Source of the DNA: Candidatus Taylorbacteria bacterium RIFCSPHIGHO2_01_FULL_51_15
GTDB taxonomy: Bacteria; Patescibacteriota; Minisyncoccia; Phycocordibacterales; UBA10002
Assembly: GCA_001820935.1 (NCBI GenBank)
Contig: MHRI01000030.1
Location: 2,734 to 66,733 of the forward strand
Direction of reading: 5' to 3'
DNA length: 64,000 nucleotides
Below are positions 56,119 to 64,000 of the stretch, piece after piece. The position numbers and the translations under genes were made by a program. How positions within the stretch are numbered: the stretch's first letter is position 1; each line of letters begins with the position of its first letter. A model generated the notes under the pieces. The model was not told where the DNA came from and did not search any database. It saw only the letters and a program-made list of their open reading frames with translations.

Positions 56119-56952
56119 ATGCACAACCTTAAGGAATTATTTTCCCTCAAAGGCCGGATCGCCGTCGTGACGGGAGGTCAGGGCGATTTGGGTAGCGAGT
56201 ACGTAAAGACTTTGGCATCGGCCGGAGCAAAAGTAGTCGTGCTGGACATCAAGAAAGAGATACACCCCAAAATCCGGGAACTATGCGATGCGGGTGCAGA
56301 GATTGTAACTTTCACGGTTGACCTCACGGAAAAAGGGGAAGTGCGAAAAGCATTCGGAGAAATCAGAAGCACATTAAGAGATACTCCAAGCATCCTTATC
56401 AACAACGCAGGTCGCGCCACGCATCCAAATGCGCCGAAAGAAGAGAGCGGGCCGTTTGAAGACTATCCGGAGGAAGTATGGGAAGGCATGCTCGATTCGC
56501 ACCTTAAGGCCGCCTTGCTTGCGTCGCAAGAATTTATACGTTCCTACAAAAGTGCGAAGAAGACACAGGGCAGTATCATCAATGTGTCCTCAACATACGG
56601 ATTGGTATCGCCGGAGCAGGGTATGTACGAATTTAGGAGAAAAAGCAAAGGAGCCTACTACAAACCTATTGGGTACAGCGTCGCCAAATCCGGTATGCTC
56701 GGCTTCACCAAATGGCTCGCGGAGTACTGTGCGTTTGAGAAGACGGGTATTCGCGTGAATACGCTCGTGCCGGGCGGAGTTGAAGCAGGTCAGGATCCTA
56801 CATTTATACGTGAATACGAGAAGCGCACCATGCTCGGGCGCATGGCGAACAATAGCGATTACAACGGCGCGATACTCTTTCTCGCTTCCAACGCCTCGGC
56901 CTACATGACCGGCGCGGAACTTGTCGTTGATGGGGGATGGACAGCGAGATGA
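56119..56952 (+). CDS. SDR oxidoreductase (PtmA-like)
   Basis: VTGGQGDLG, INNAG, YSVAK and IRVNTLVPGG motifs. Confidence 0.88.
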   Translation: MHNLKELFSLKGRIAVVTGGQGDLGSEYVKTLASAGAKVVVLDIKKEIHPKIRELCDAGAEIVTFTVDLTEKGEVRKAFGEIRSTLRDTPSILINNAGRATHPNAPKEESGPFEDYPEEVWEGMLDSHLKAALLASQEFIRSYKSAKKTQGSIINVSSTYGLVSPEQGMYEFRRKSKGAYYKPIGYSVAKSGMLGFTKWLAEYCAFEKTGIRVNTLVPGGVEAGQDPTFIREYEKRTMLGRMANNSDYNGAILFLASNASAYMTGAELVVDGGWTAR

Positions 56953-57038
56953 GCGGAATGACACATAACTGAAGACCGGAGCGCTCCGGATTTTTTAGGT
57001 TATTCAGTCATTCAGTTATACGTTATCAGTTATTCAGT
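56953..57038. repeat. Junction element with inverted ~8-nt-period arms and a central palindrome
   Basis: Left gaatgac/acataac/tgaagac; centre ccggagcgctccgg; right ggttattc-agtcattc-agttatac-gttatc-agttattc. Confidence 0.65.
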
Positions 57039-57050
57039 GACATTGAGCAA

Positions 57051-58103
57051 ATGAAATATCCCTACATCCAAATAGGCAACCGCAGGATAGGAAGAAACTA
57101 TCCGCCGTTTGTCGTTCCCGAAGTCGGCATCAATCACGAGGGCAGTTTGGCGAAAGCAAAACGCATGGTAAAAGATGCGAAGAAGGCCGGGGCCGAGTGC
57201 GTCAAGTTCCAATGCCACGTGATTGAGGATGAAATGACTCCCGCGGCAAAGACAGTCATTCCGGGGAATGCAAAAGAATCAATCTGGGACATCATGGAGC
57301 GGTGCGCTCTGTCGGAATCGCAGGACAGGGAACTCAAAAAGTATGTTGAGGATTTAGGCATGATGTACCTCTCCACCCCATTCTCACGCGCCGCGGCAAA
57401 CAGACTTGAACGGCTCGGCGTTCTCGCGTACAAAATCGGCTCCGGCGAGTGCAACAACTACCCACTCGTACGACATATCGCTTCATTCGGAAAACCGGTG
57501 ATTCTTTCTACGGGTATGAATGACATCGCCTCGATCAAGGAGAGTGTCGCTATTCTTCGGAAGAAGAAAATTCCATACGCGCTTCTCCACTGTACCTCTA
57601 TGTATCCGACGCCCTATGAGAAGGTGCGTCTTGGCGCTCTGCAGGAACTTTCGAGAATATTTCCCGACGCGGTAATAGGGCTCTCTGATCATTCAATGGG
57701 GAACTATACCTGCTTTGCCGCAACGGCGCTTGGCGGCTCGATACTTGAGAAACATTTCACCTCCGACAAACGCTGGCCCGGTCCCGATGTCCCGATATCC
57801 ATTGATCCGTCCGGACTTGCCGATCTCATCGAAGGATCAACCGCTATTTATTCGGCCCTTGGCGGAGAGAAGACAGTCCTAAAGGAAGAACAGCCGACAA
57901 TCAACTTCGCATATGCTACAGTGGTGGCGATACAGGATATACCGAAAGGGGAAAGACTTACTTTAGAAAATATCTGGGTAAAGCGTCCAGGCACCGGAAA
58001 AATCCAAGCCGCAAGGTTCGATGAACTTCTCGGATCGGTGGCGACAAGGCATATACGCATACACGAAGCGATTTCATGGGAAAAAATACAAAAAAGAAAG
58101 TAG
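57051..58103 (+). CDS. neuB: N-acetylneuraminate synthase
   Basis: EVGINHEGSL, 'IEDEM..VIPGNA..SIWDIMERCAL', STPFSRAAA, KIGSGECNNYPL and C-terminal SAF domain WVKRPGTG; closely resembles Neisseria SiaC as recalled. Confidence 0.95.
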   Translation: MKYPYIQIGNRRIGRNYPPFVVPEVGINHEGSLAKAKRMVKDAKKAGAECVKFQCHVIEDEMTPAAKTVIPGNAKESIWDIMERCALSESQDRELKKYVEDLGMMYLSTPFSRAAANRLERLGVLAYKIGSGECNNYPLVRHIASFGKPVILSTGMNDIASIKESVAILRKKKIPYALLHCTSMYPTPYEKVRLGALQELSRIFPDAVIGLSDHSMGNYTCFAATALGGSILEKHFTSDKRWPGPDVPISIDPSGLADLIEGSTAIYSALGGEKTVLKEEQPTINFAYATVVAIQDIPKGERLTLENIWVKRPGTGKIQAARFDELLGSVATRHIRIHEAISWEKIQKRK

Positions 58104-59233
58104 CCTTCCTTACCGGCACGCGCGCGGACTTCGGAAAGATCAAGCCTCTCATTGGGAGAGTCGTTGCCGATGGAAATTTCGATGTGCACATCTTTGCTAC
58201 CGGGATGCATATGGATAGTAAGTACGGCAGTACCGTCGAAGAAATCGAAAAGACAGGATTCCCCAATATCTATAAATTCATTAATTACACTGGCTCATCG
58301 ACTCTTGATGCGATCATGGGGAACACTGTGCTTGGCTTTGGGAACTTCGTGCGGCAAGTGGAGCCTGATCTTATCGTCGTGCACGGCGATCGGAGCGAAG
58401 CCATGGCGGGCGCGCTTGTCGGGGCACTAAGTAACATCCACGTGAGCCATATCGAAGGAGGTGAAGTTTCGGGAACCGTTGACGAAATCATTAGGCACGC
58501 CGTGAGCAAACTCTCACATACCCATTTTGTCGCGAATGCGGAAGCGAAAAGGCGACTCGTGCAGATGGGCGAACGAGAGACTTCGGTGTTTGTGATCGGT
58601 TCGCCCGATCTTGATATCATGAAGTCAGACGAACTCCCGGACTTTAAAACGGTGCAAAAGAATTACGCCATTCCGTTTAGCCGTTACGGCATCGTTATCT
58701 TTCATCCAGTTACGACCGAGGTAGGCGGACTGCTGAAGGAAACAAAGCAGCTCGTGGAAGCGCTTCAAGCATCCAAGTTCAACTATGTGGTGATCTACCC
58801 GAACAATGATCCGGGCACCGATGTCATCTTAAGTGTCTATGAGGAAAAGCTCCGACGGGATAAACACTTCGCGCTTTACCCCTCCATGCGCTTCGAATAT
58901 TTTCTTAGTTTGCTCAAACACGCTCACTTTATTATTGGCAATTCAAGCTCGGGTGTGCGCGAAGCTCCTTTCTATGGAGTCCCGGTCATCAATGTCGGGA
59001 GCCGACAGAAAAACCGCGTGAAAGCAAAAGAAGGGGGAGGCATCTTTGATGTCGGTCATGCGAGCGCCGAAATCCTCTCACACATTTTGAAGTTTTCCAA
59101 AAAGCGGGTTCGTTTCGAATCGACGAACGGATTCGGCAGCGGAGGGAGCGCCGATAACTTTATGAAGATCTTGAAGGATGGAAGACTCTGGAACATCGGT
59201 ATACAAAAACAGTTTTTAGACATTACCTTCTAA
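58076..59233 (+). CDS. neuC: UDP-GlcNAc 2-epimerase (hydrolysing)
   Basis: TGTRADFGK, TGMH, HGDR, HIEGGEVSGTVDE, IGSPDLD, FHPVTTE, YPNND and GNSSSGVREAP motifs. Confidence 0.95.
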   Translation: MGKNTKKKVAFLTGTRADFGKIKPLIGRVVADGNFDVHIFATGMHMDSKYGSTVEEIEKTGFPNIYKFINYTGSSTLDAIMGNTVLGFGNFVRQVEPDLIVVHGDRSEAMAGALVGALSNIHVSHIEGGEVSGTVDEIIRHAVSKLSHTHFVANAEAKRRLVQMGERETSVFVIGSPDLDIMKSDELPDFKTVQKNYAIPFSRYGIVIFHPVTTEVGGLLKETKQLVEALQASKFNYVVIYPNNDPGTDVILSVYEEKLRRDKHFALYPSMRFEYFLSLLKHAHFIIGNSSSGVREAPFYGVPVINVGSRQKNRVKAKEGGGIFDVGHASAEILSHILKFSKKRVRFESTNGFGSGGSADNFMKILKDGRLWNIGIQKQFLDITF

Positions 59234-59241
59234 TTCCTTCC

Positions 59242-59904
59242 ATGATCGCCGAACCCGATTTTAACAAGGCCTTTGATCATGAGAACAATTTCTATTGGAC
59301 CTCACCTCCCGAGCGGTTGGGGAAATGCATCGCGCATTATGAACTCTTTAAGATCGCGAACGAGCTTTCCGGAGATATCGTCGAATGCGGTGTTTTTAAA
59401 GGCGCATCACTGCTTCGGTTCGCTTCTTTCCAGGAGGTCTTCGGGAAGAAAAAGCGGAAGGTGGTCGGTTTTGACACGTTTGGCACATTTCCCGAAACGC
59501 GCTTCGAAGCTGATAAGTCGCATCGAAAAGAGTTTATCGACGATGCCGGCGCGGAAAGCATATCCAAGGAGGAGCTTCTTTCTGTGGTCAGGAAAAAGGG
59601 TATCAAAACAGAAGTAGAACTTATCGAGGGGGACGTAGTGGAAACAGTTCCCGCCTATGTAAAAGCGCACCCCAATCTTACCATCGCGCTTCTTAATCTC
59701 GATACGGATATCTACGAGCCGGCCGTTGCCATACTCCATAATCTCTATCCGTGTATTGTGGAAGGGGGAGTGCTCATTTCTGACGATTATCGCGTCTTTC
59801 CCGGAGAGACCAAAGCGATCGATGACTTCTTCAGAGGAAAGAATGTAACGATACAAAATTTCCCCAATTTGAAGACTCCGCATTTTATTATCAAGAAAGG
59901 ATAA
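59242..59904 (+). CDS. TylF/MycF/NovP-family O-methyltransferase-like protein
   Basis: GDIVECGVFKGAS, GFDTFG, LLNLDTDIYEP and GGVLISDDY motifs. Confidence 0.85.
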   Translation: MIAEPDFNKAFDHENNFYWTSPPERLGKCIAHYELFKIANELSGDIVECGVFKGASLLRFASFQEVFGKKKRKVVGFDTFGTFPETRFEADKSHRKEFIDDAGAESISKEELLSVVRKKGIKTEVELIEGDVVETVPAYVKAHPNLTIALLNLDTDIYEPAVAILHNLYPCIVEGGVLISDDYRVFPGETKAIDDFFRGKNVTIQNFPNLKTPHFIIKKG

Positions 59905-59930
59905 CGGTTCACCGCATTTAAGAAAGAGCC

Positions 59931-60044
59931 CAAAACACAGTGACCAAAAATTCAGACAAAACACAGTGTGCCAAACTGCCAAACGAGTCGGTTTGTGTTC
60001 TGGAGATTTGTGCAGTTTGTTTGGACTTTGTGTACTGTGTTTTG
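59931..60044. repeat. Junction element with long imperfect inverted arms
   Basis: caaaacacagtg occurs twice (59931, 59957) on the left and pairs with tactgtgttttg (60033-60044); TTTG-rich right arm. Confidence 0.7.
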
Positions 60045-60078
60045 TAAGGTTTAGAATATATTTAGGTAATTCATTTTT

Positions 60079-61029
60079 ATGAAAAATCCCGTATGCATGC
60101 TCTGCAGCTCCACCACAAACACTGTCATCCGTAAGACGTTACGCTACGAGATTAAGCGAGATGTTTTACAGTGCACTCGTTGTTCACTCGTTTTTCTTGC
60201 TCCGCAAAGCGGTGCAACCGCGTACTACACGGGGAAAGCGTATCGCAAACGCCACGGTCCGACCTTACATAAAGCTTCATCAATGCGCGAGATATTTGAT
60301 GCTTATTTTCCGCACCAAGGACCGATCGTGGAAGCCGTGCGTACCCATCTTCGTCCCTCGATGAAGATACTTGATGTCGGCTGTTCCACTGGGCATTTTC
60401 TTGCCGCGCTAAAGGGAAAAGCGAAGGAGCGTATCGGGCTTGAACTTGGAAAAGATGAAGCTTCATTCATCCGAAAGAATCTTGATTTCAAGGTATATAC
60501 TAACCCAATCGAATCCGCCCACATTGCCGAAGGACCTTTCGATCTTATTACCGCCCTCCAGGTACTCGAGCATGTGCCTGAACCTAAATCTTTCCTCCAT
60601 GGCATTTCGAGACATCTCAAACCAAATGGGCTTTTGTATCTTGAGCTTCCCAATATCGACGATGTCCTTCTCTCGGTCTTTGGCGTGAAAGGGTACGCGG
60701 ATTTCTATTTTCGCGAACCTCATGTGTGTTACTACTCAAAAAAGACGCTCAAAACTCTTCTTTCCAAGGCAGGATTTGTAGGGGAGTTTGGAACGGTTCA
60801 GCGATACAGCTTCTACAATCACCTGCATTGGATTCAGACGGGGCGGCCCCAGGCAAGCTTTGCGGACGGCAACACGATACCGGAGGTAGCGAAGGGGGCC
60901 GGAGCGCCATTTCGTGCAAAGAAGGAAATAACCGCGTTTCTCCACGACGCGAATCTCCAATACCAGAAACTCGTCGAGAAGCATATGCTCGGCGAGAGCC
61001 TAACCTTTTGGGGGCGAAAAATGTTCTAA
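60079..61029 (+). CDS. Class I SAM-dependent methyltransferase with N-terminal Zn ribbon
   Basis: CxxC..CxxC, ILDVGCSTGHF, QVLEHV and LKPNG motifs. Confidence 0.88.
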   Translation: MKNPVCMLCSSTTNTVIRKTLRYEIKRDVLQCTRCSLVFLAPQSGATAYYTGKAYRKRHGPTLHKASSMREIFDAYFPHQGPIVEAVRTHLRPSMKILDVGCSTGHFLAALKGKAKERIGLELGKDEASFIRKNLDFKVYTNPIESAHIAEGPFDLITALQVLEHVPEPKSFLHGISRHLKPNGLLYLELPNIDDVLLSVFGVKGYADFYFREPHVCYYSKKTLKTLLSKAGFVGEFGTVQRYSFYNHLHWIQTGRPQASFADGNTIPEVAKGAGAPFRAKKEITAFLHDANLQYQKLVEKHMLGESLTFWGRKMF

Positions 61030-61036
61030 TTACGCT

Positions 61037-62815
61037 ATGTCCATACGCAGGATTTTTCACGCGCTACGGCTCTTCCGCCTGGCGTTTGCCGCATACAGAT
61101 GGAGGATCGTCTGCATGGCAACGTTAAGTTTTATAAGCGGGGCGCTTGAAGGTATTGGTATCACCGCGATCATCCCGCTGTTCTCCTTTATTGGTGGCGG
61201 GGGAAAGGCGTCGGATAACATCTCTATCGCGATTGCGAAGTTCTTCGAATACCTGCACCTCCCCTACACGGCGAAGTTTCTGCTCATCTTTATGATCGGC
61301 CTTTTTCTCGCTAAGGCGCTGTTTCTCCTATTTTCCCAGCAGATTTCGGCGAGGGTAATAGCTGATTTCGAGAAAAAGACACGAGCGTCCCTCATCAAGT
61401 GCACATTTGATGCCACATGGCCGTTTCTTTCTTCGCAGAAAGTGGGACATCTTGATCAAATGCTCTCAACGGAGGTGGCAAACAGTTCCGCCATCCTCCT
61501 CTACATCAGCAACGCGACGCTGGTCGTCATCAATCTCTTCATTTACAGCATGCTCGTCTTCAACATCTCTCCAACGATCGCCGTGCTCACCGTTCTCTCG
61601 GGTGCAACCATATTTCTCATTTTTCTTCCATTCCTGCAAAAGACGAGGGTGCTTTCAGAAAAAATGGTACGGGAGAACAAGGAGCTCGCGCATTTCGCAA
61701 GTGAGCATCTCATCGGCGCGAAGACCATCAAATCCATGCACCTGGAAGGCCCTACCTTCGTACGAGGTCAGGCACTCATAGAGAGAATGCGGCACCTCTA
61801 TCTCAAGCTGTCGTTCCTGAAAAACAGCACGGCAGCGCTTCTTCAGCTCGCCGGAGTCTTTTTTGTCGTTGGCCTGTTTGTATTTCTGTATAAAACTTCC
61901 GCGTTTGAGTTCGCCTCGTTTGCGGTCGTGGTATACGCCCTGAACAAAGTATTCACCAATATCCAGTTCGCTCAATCGAGCGCTCACGCGATAAGCATGC
62001 AGATACCCTATCTTTCAAGTCTACTTTCCTATGAGAAGGAAGCCAGAGGGTATGAGGAGATCGAAGGTGGAGACGAGGCGTTTTCGTTCACGAAAGAACT
62101 TTCGTTCAGAGATGTGGAGTTCGAATACAGGAAAGACGATCCGGCACTTCGCAAGATCAGCTTTTCGATTAAGAAAGGCGAGGTCATTGGCCTTGTCGGA
62201 CCCTCGGGGGCGGGGAAGACCACGATAGTAGATCTCCTTCTCCGTCTTATCGAACCTACTGCGGGGGCTATTTTGCTTGACGGAAGAAATATTCGTTCGG
62301 TGAGTCTGAAGGAATGGAGAAAAAGTATTGGATATGTGTCTCAAGAGGTTTTTCTGCTCAACGATACAATCGAAAACAACATTCGCTTTTACGGCGATTC
62401 CGTCACGAATGAAGATGTGCATGAAGCGGCACGCATGGCCAATATCTACGACTTCATCATGTCGCTTCCGGAGAAGTGGCAGACCGTTGTCGGTGAACGC
62501 GGGGTCCTCCTTTCCGGAGGACAGCGTCAGAGGATCATGCTCGCGCGCGTACTCGCCCGGAAATCCGAGATACTCCTCCTCGATGAGGCGACGAGCGCCC
62601 TTGATACGGAGTCAGAGATGTTGATACAGAAGGCAATAATGGGCCTCAAGGGCAAAGTCACGGTGCTTGCGATTGCCCACCGGTTGTCCACGGTAAGGGT
62701 TTCCGATAAGCTTATGGTGCTTCAGGATGGACAGATAGTGGAGGAGGGTACGCCGAGTGCGTTACTCCAGGATGAGCGGTCGAGATTCTTTAAGATGTAC
62801 CATACACATACATGA
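61037..62815 (+). CDS. ABC transporter TMD+NBD (PglK/MsbA-like glycan flippase)
   Basis: Six TMs; GPSGAGKTT, LSGGQRQR, LLLDEATSALD and IAHRLST motifs. Confidence 0.93.
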   Translation: MSIRRIFHALRLFRLAFAAYRWRIVCMATLSFISGALEGIGITAIIPLFSFIGGGGKASDNISIAIAKFFEYLHLPYTAKFLLIFMIGLFLAKALFLLFSQQISARVIADFEKKTRASLIKCTFDATWPFLSSQKVGHLDQMLSTEVANSSAILLYISNATLVVINLFIYSMLVFNISPTIAVLTVLSGATIFLIFLPFLQKTRVLSEKMVRENKELAHFASEHLIGAKTIKSMHLEGPTFVRGQALIERMRHLYLKLSFLKNSTAALLQLAGVFFVVGLFVFLYKTSAFEFASFAVVVYALNKVFTNIQFAQSSAHAISMQIPYLSSLLSYEKEARGYEEIEGGDEAFSFTKELSFRDVEFEYRKDDPALRKISFSIKKGEVIGLVGPSGAGKTTIVDLLLRLIEPTAGAILLDGRNIRSVSLKEWRKSIGYVSQEVFLLNDTIENNIRFYGDSVTNEDVHEAARMANIYDFIMSLPEKWQTVVGERGVLLSGGQRQRIMLARVLARKSEILLLDEATSALDTESEMLIQKAIMGLKGKVTVLAIAHRLSTVRVSDKLMVLQDGQIVEEGTPSALLQDERSRFFKMYHTHT

Positions 62816-63606
62816 GTGCGTTATATGAAAGGACAATAGATGAGGTCTACAAAGCACTTGGCGCATTTTCGAAACCTTACGAAATTGACAAAAAACGCTT
62901 TGCGTCTTCGCTTCGACTCCTGAATGAGCGAGAACTCATACGAGGCAAGAAAATACTCGATCTCGGGAGCGGCGTTTGCATCTTTCCGATCGCGCTTAAA
63001 AGACTTGGTGCAGAAGTCGTCGGGTTCGATAAGTTTATCTTTCCTAGCGCGTTTGATAATCCCTATCGGATTGCTGATTTTAAGGCTCTCCAGACTATCT
63101 GGGACAAGGAGGGCATTACGGTGCGAGAGGGAGACCTTCTCAAAAGACTGCCGTTCGAAGAGGGCGAGTTCGATCTTGTAAACTCTGATTGCACGATTGA
63201 GCATCTACTCGACTCACCGAAATCACTCTTTGCAGAGGTGAGGCGTGTCCTCCGGCCTGGCGGAACATTTCTTCTCACTACTCCCAATCTCGCGAATCTG
63301 TCACGCCGTATACGATTCCTTCTTGGCCGGAGTCCCTATTGGGATCTTCGGGAATACTTTGATGGAGAGGCGCACTTCACTGGTCATCGGCGGGAGTTTA
63401 CGCTATCTGAACTTTGTGAGCTTCTTTCTTGGTCGGGATTTTCTGTGACACTCCAAAAGACGCAGAATTCATTTTTCAGCGTGAACCGACTTCTGCACCC
63501 ACGTAAATGGATGGCCCATGTTGCCAGTGCGCTCTCCTTTCCGTTCCCCAGAATGCGGGAAATCTTATTCGTACTTTGCCAGAAGCCGGTCCGGAAAGAG
63601 CTATGA
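62812..63606 (+). CDS. Class I SAM-dependent methyltransferase
   Basis: ILDLGSG, TIEHL, RVLRPGGTFLLTTPN and HRREFT motifs. Confidence 0.88.
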   Translation: MSALYERTIDEVYKALGAFSKPYEIDKKRFASSLRLLNERELIRGKKILDLGSGVCIFPIALKRLGAEVVGFDKFIFPSAFDNPYRIADFKALQTIWDKEGITVREGDLLKRLPFEEGEFDLVNSDCTIEHLLDSPKSLFAEVRRVLRPGGTFLLTTPNLANLSRRIRFLLGRSPYWDLREYFDGEAHFTGHRREFTLSELCELLSWSGFSVTLQKTQNSFFSVNRLLHPRKWMAHVASALSFPFPRMREILFVLCQKPVRKEL

Positions 63607-64000
63607 GACTATTTTTAGTACAGTGGGGTGGAGAGGAGAAGGAGCTCTTCGATGTAGCAAAAGAGCTACAGAAATCGCACGAGATAGTCTATTGGATGCA
63701 GAGTCGGGAGCATTTCTCCCTCCTGCGCAAGGACTTCCCCAATGCCGTCTTTCACGACGTACGCGATGCACTGAATGGTATCCCGGCGAGCGGAGTCGAT
63801 ACATCGAACTTCGTAAAGGTCGACAGTAATCTTCTCAAAAGACTCCTGTGGGCGGAGTCGTTTATAATGGGGATGATTACGAAGCACCATAGTGATTTTA
63901 CTGAAGCACAAAAACTGGAGTTCTATCATGAACTACTCAACTACTGGAAAGGGATGTTCGATGTGTTGAAGCCCGAAGCAATCATCTTTCCGATGACGCC
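63603..64000 (+). CDS. Hypothetical glycan-locus protein (3' partial)
   Basis: ATG overlaps the previous stop (ATGA); frame MRLFLVQWGGEEKELFDVAK... appears open to the window end. Confidence 0.6.
   Translation, partial: MRLFLVQWGGEEKELFDVAKELQKSHEIVYWMQSREHFSLLRKDFPNAVFHDVRDALNGIPASGVDTSNFVKVDSNLLKRLLWAESFIMGMITKHHSDFTEAQKLEFYHELLNYWKGMFDVLKPEAIIFPMT

Overview
A 64-kb chromosomal window from a bacterium using the standard genetic code (TGA is used as stop). The gene repertoire and repeat style suggest Patescibacteria/CPR (Parcubacteria-like); this taxonomy is inference. Positions 1-10.7 kb hold a RelB/DinJ-YafQ toxin-antitoxin pair, murC, rsmI, a pterin dehydratase, a DUF4015-like hydrolase, a VirD4/TraD-like ATPase and a PKD/lamin-tail surface protein. 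Positions 10.7-64 kb are a >53-kb surface-glycan locus with GT4/GT2/GT-C transferases, rfbA/rfbB, gmd/fcl and nine SAM methyltransferases. It also encodes a Campylobacter MeOPN-type phosphoramidate core (Cj1418/Cj1417/Cj1416 homologues), an amidino-transfer trio (HisF/HisH/PseA-like) and Neisseria-type neuA/B/C. Four unexplained signals stand out. (1) A four-helix-bundle (IVP/Avd-fold) gene is flanked by inverted 9-nt-period repeat arms, and empty or chimeric copies of the same arms sit at neighbouring stop-start junctions. (2) Palindromic elements and heptamer repeats are written in-frame into enzymes. (3) An orphan DGR-like target gene has an adenine-depleted variable region. (4) A Pro-Pro leader peptide with a terminator/antiterminator lies upstream of proB. 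No rRNA, tRNA, CRISPR array, integrase, transposase or reverse transcriptase was recognised. Protein calls come from motif recognition, not database searches.
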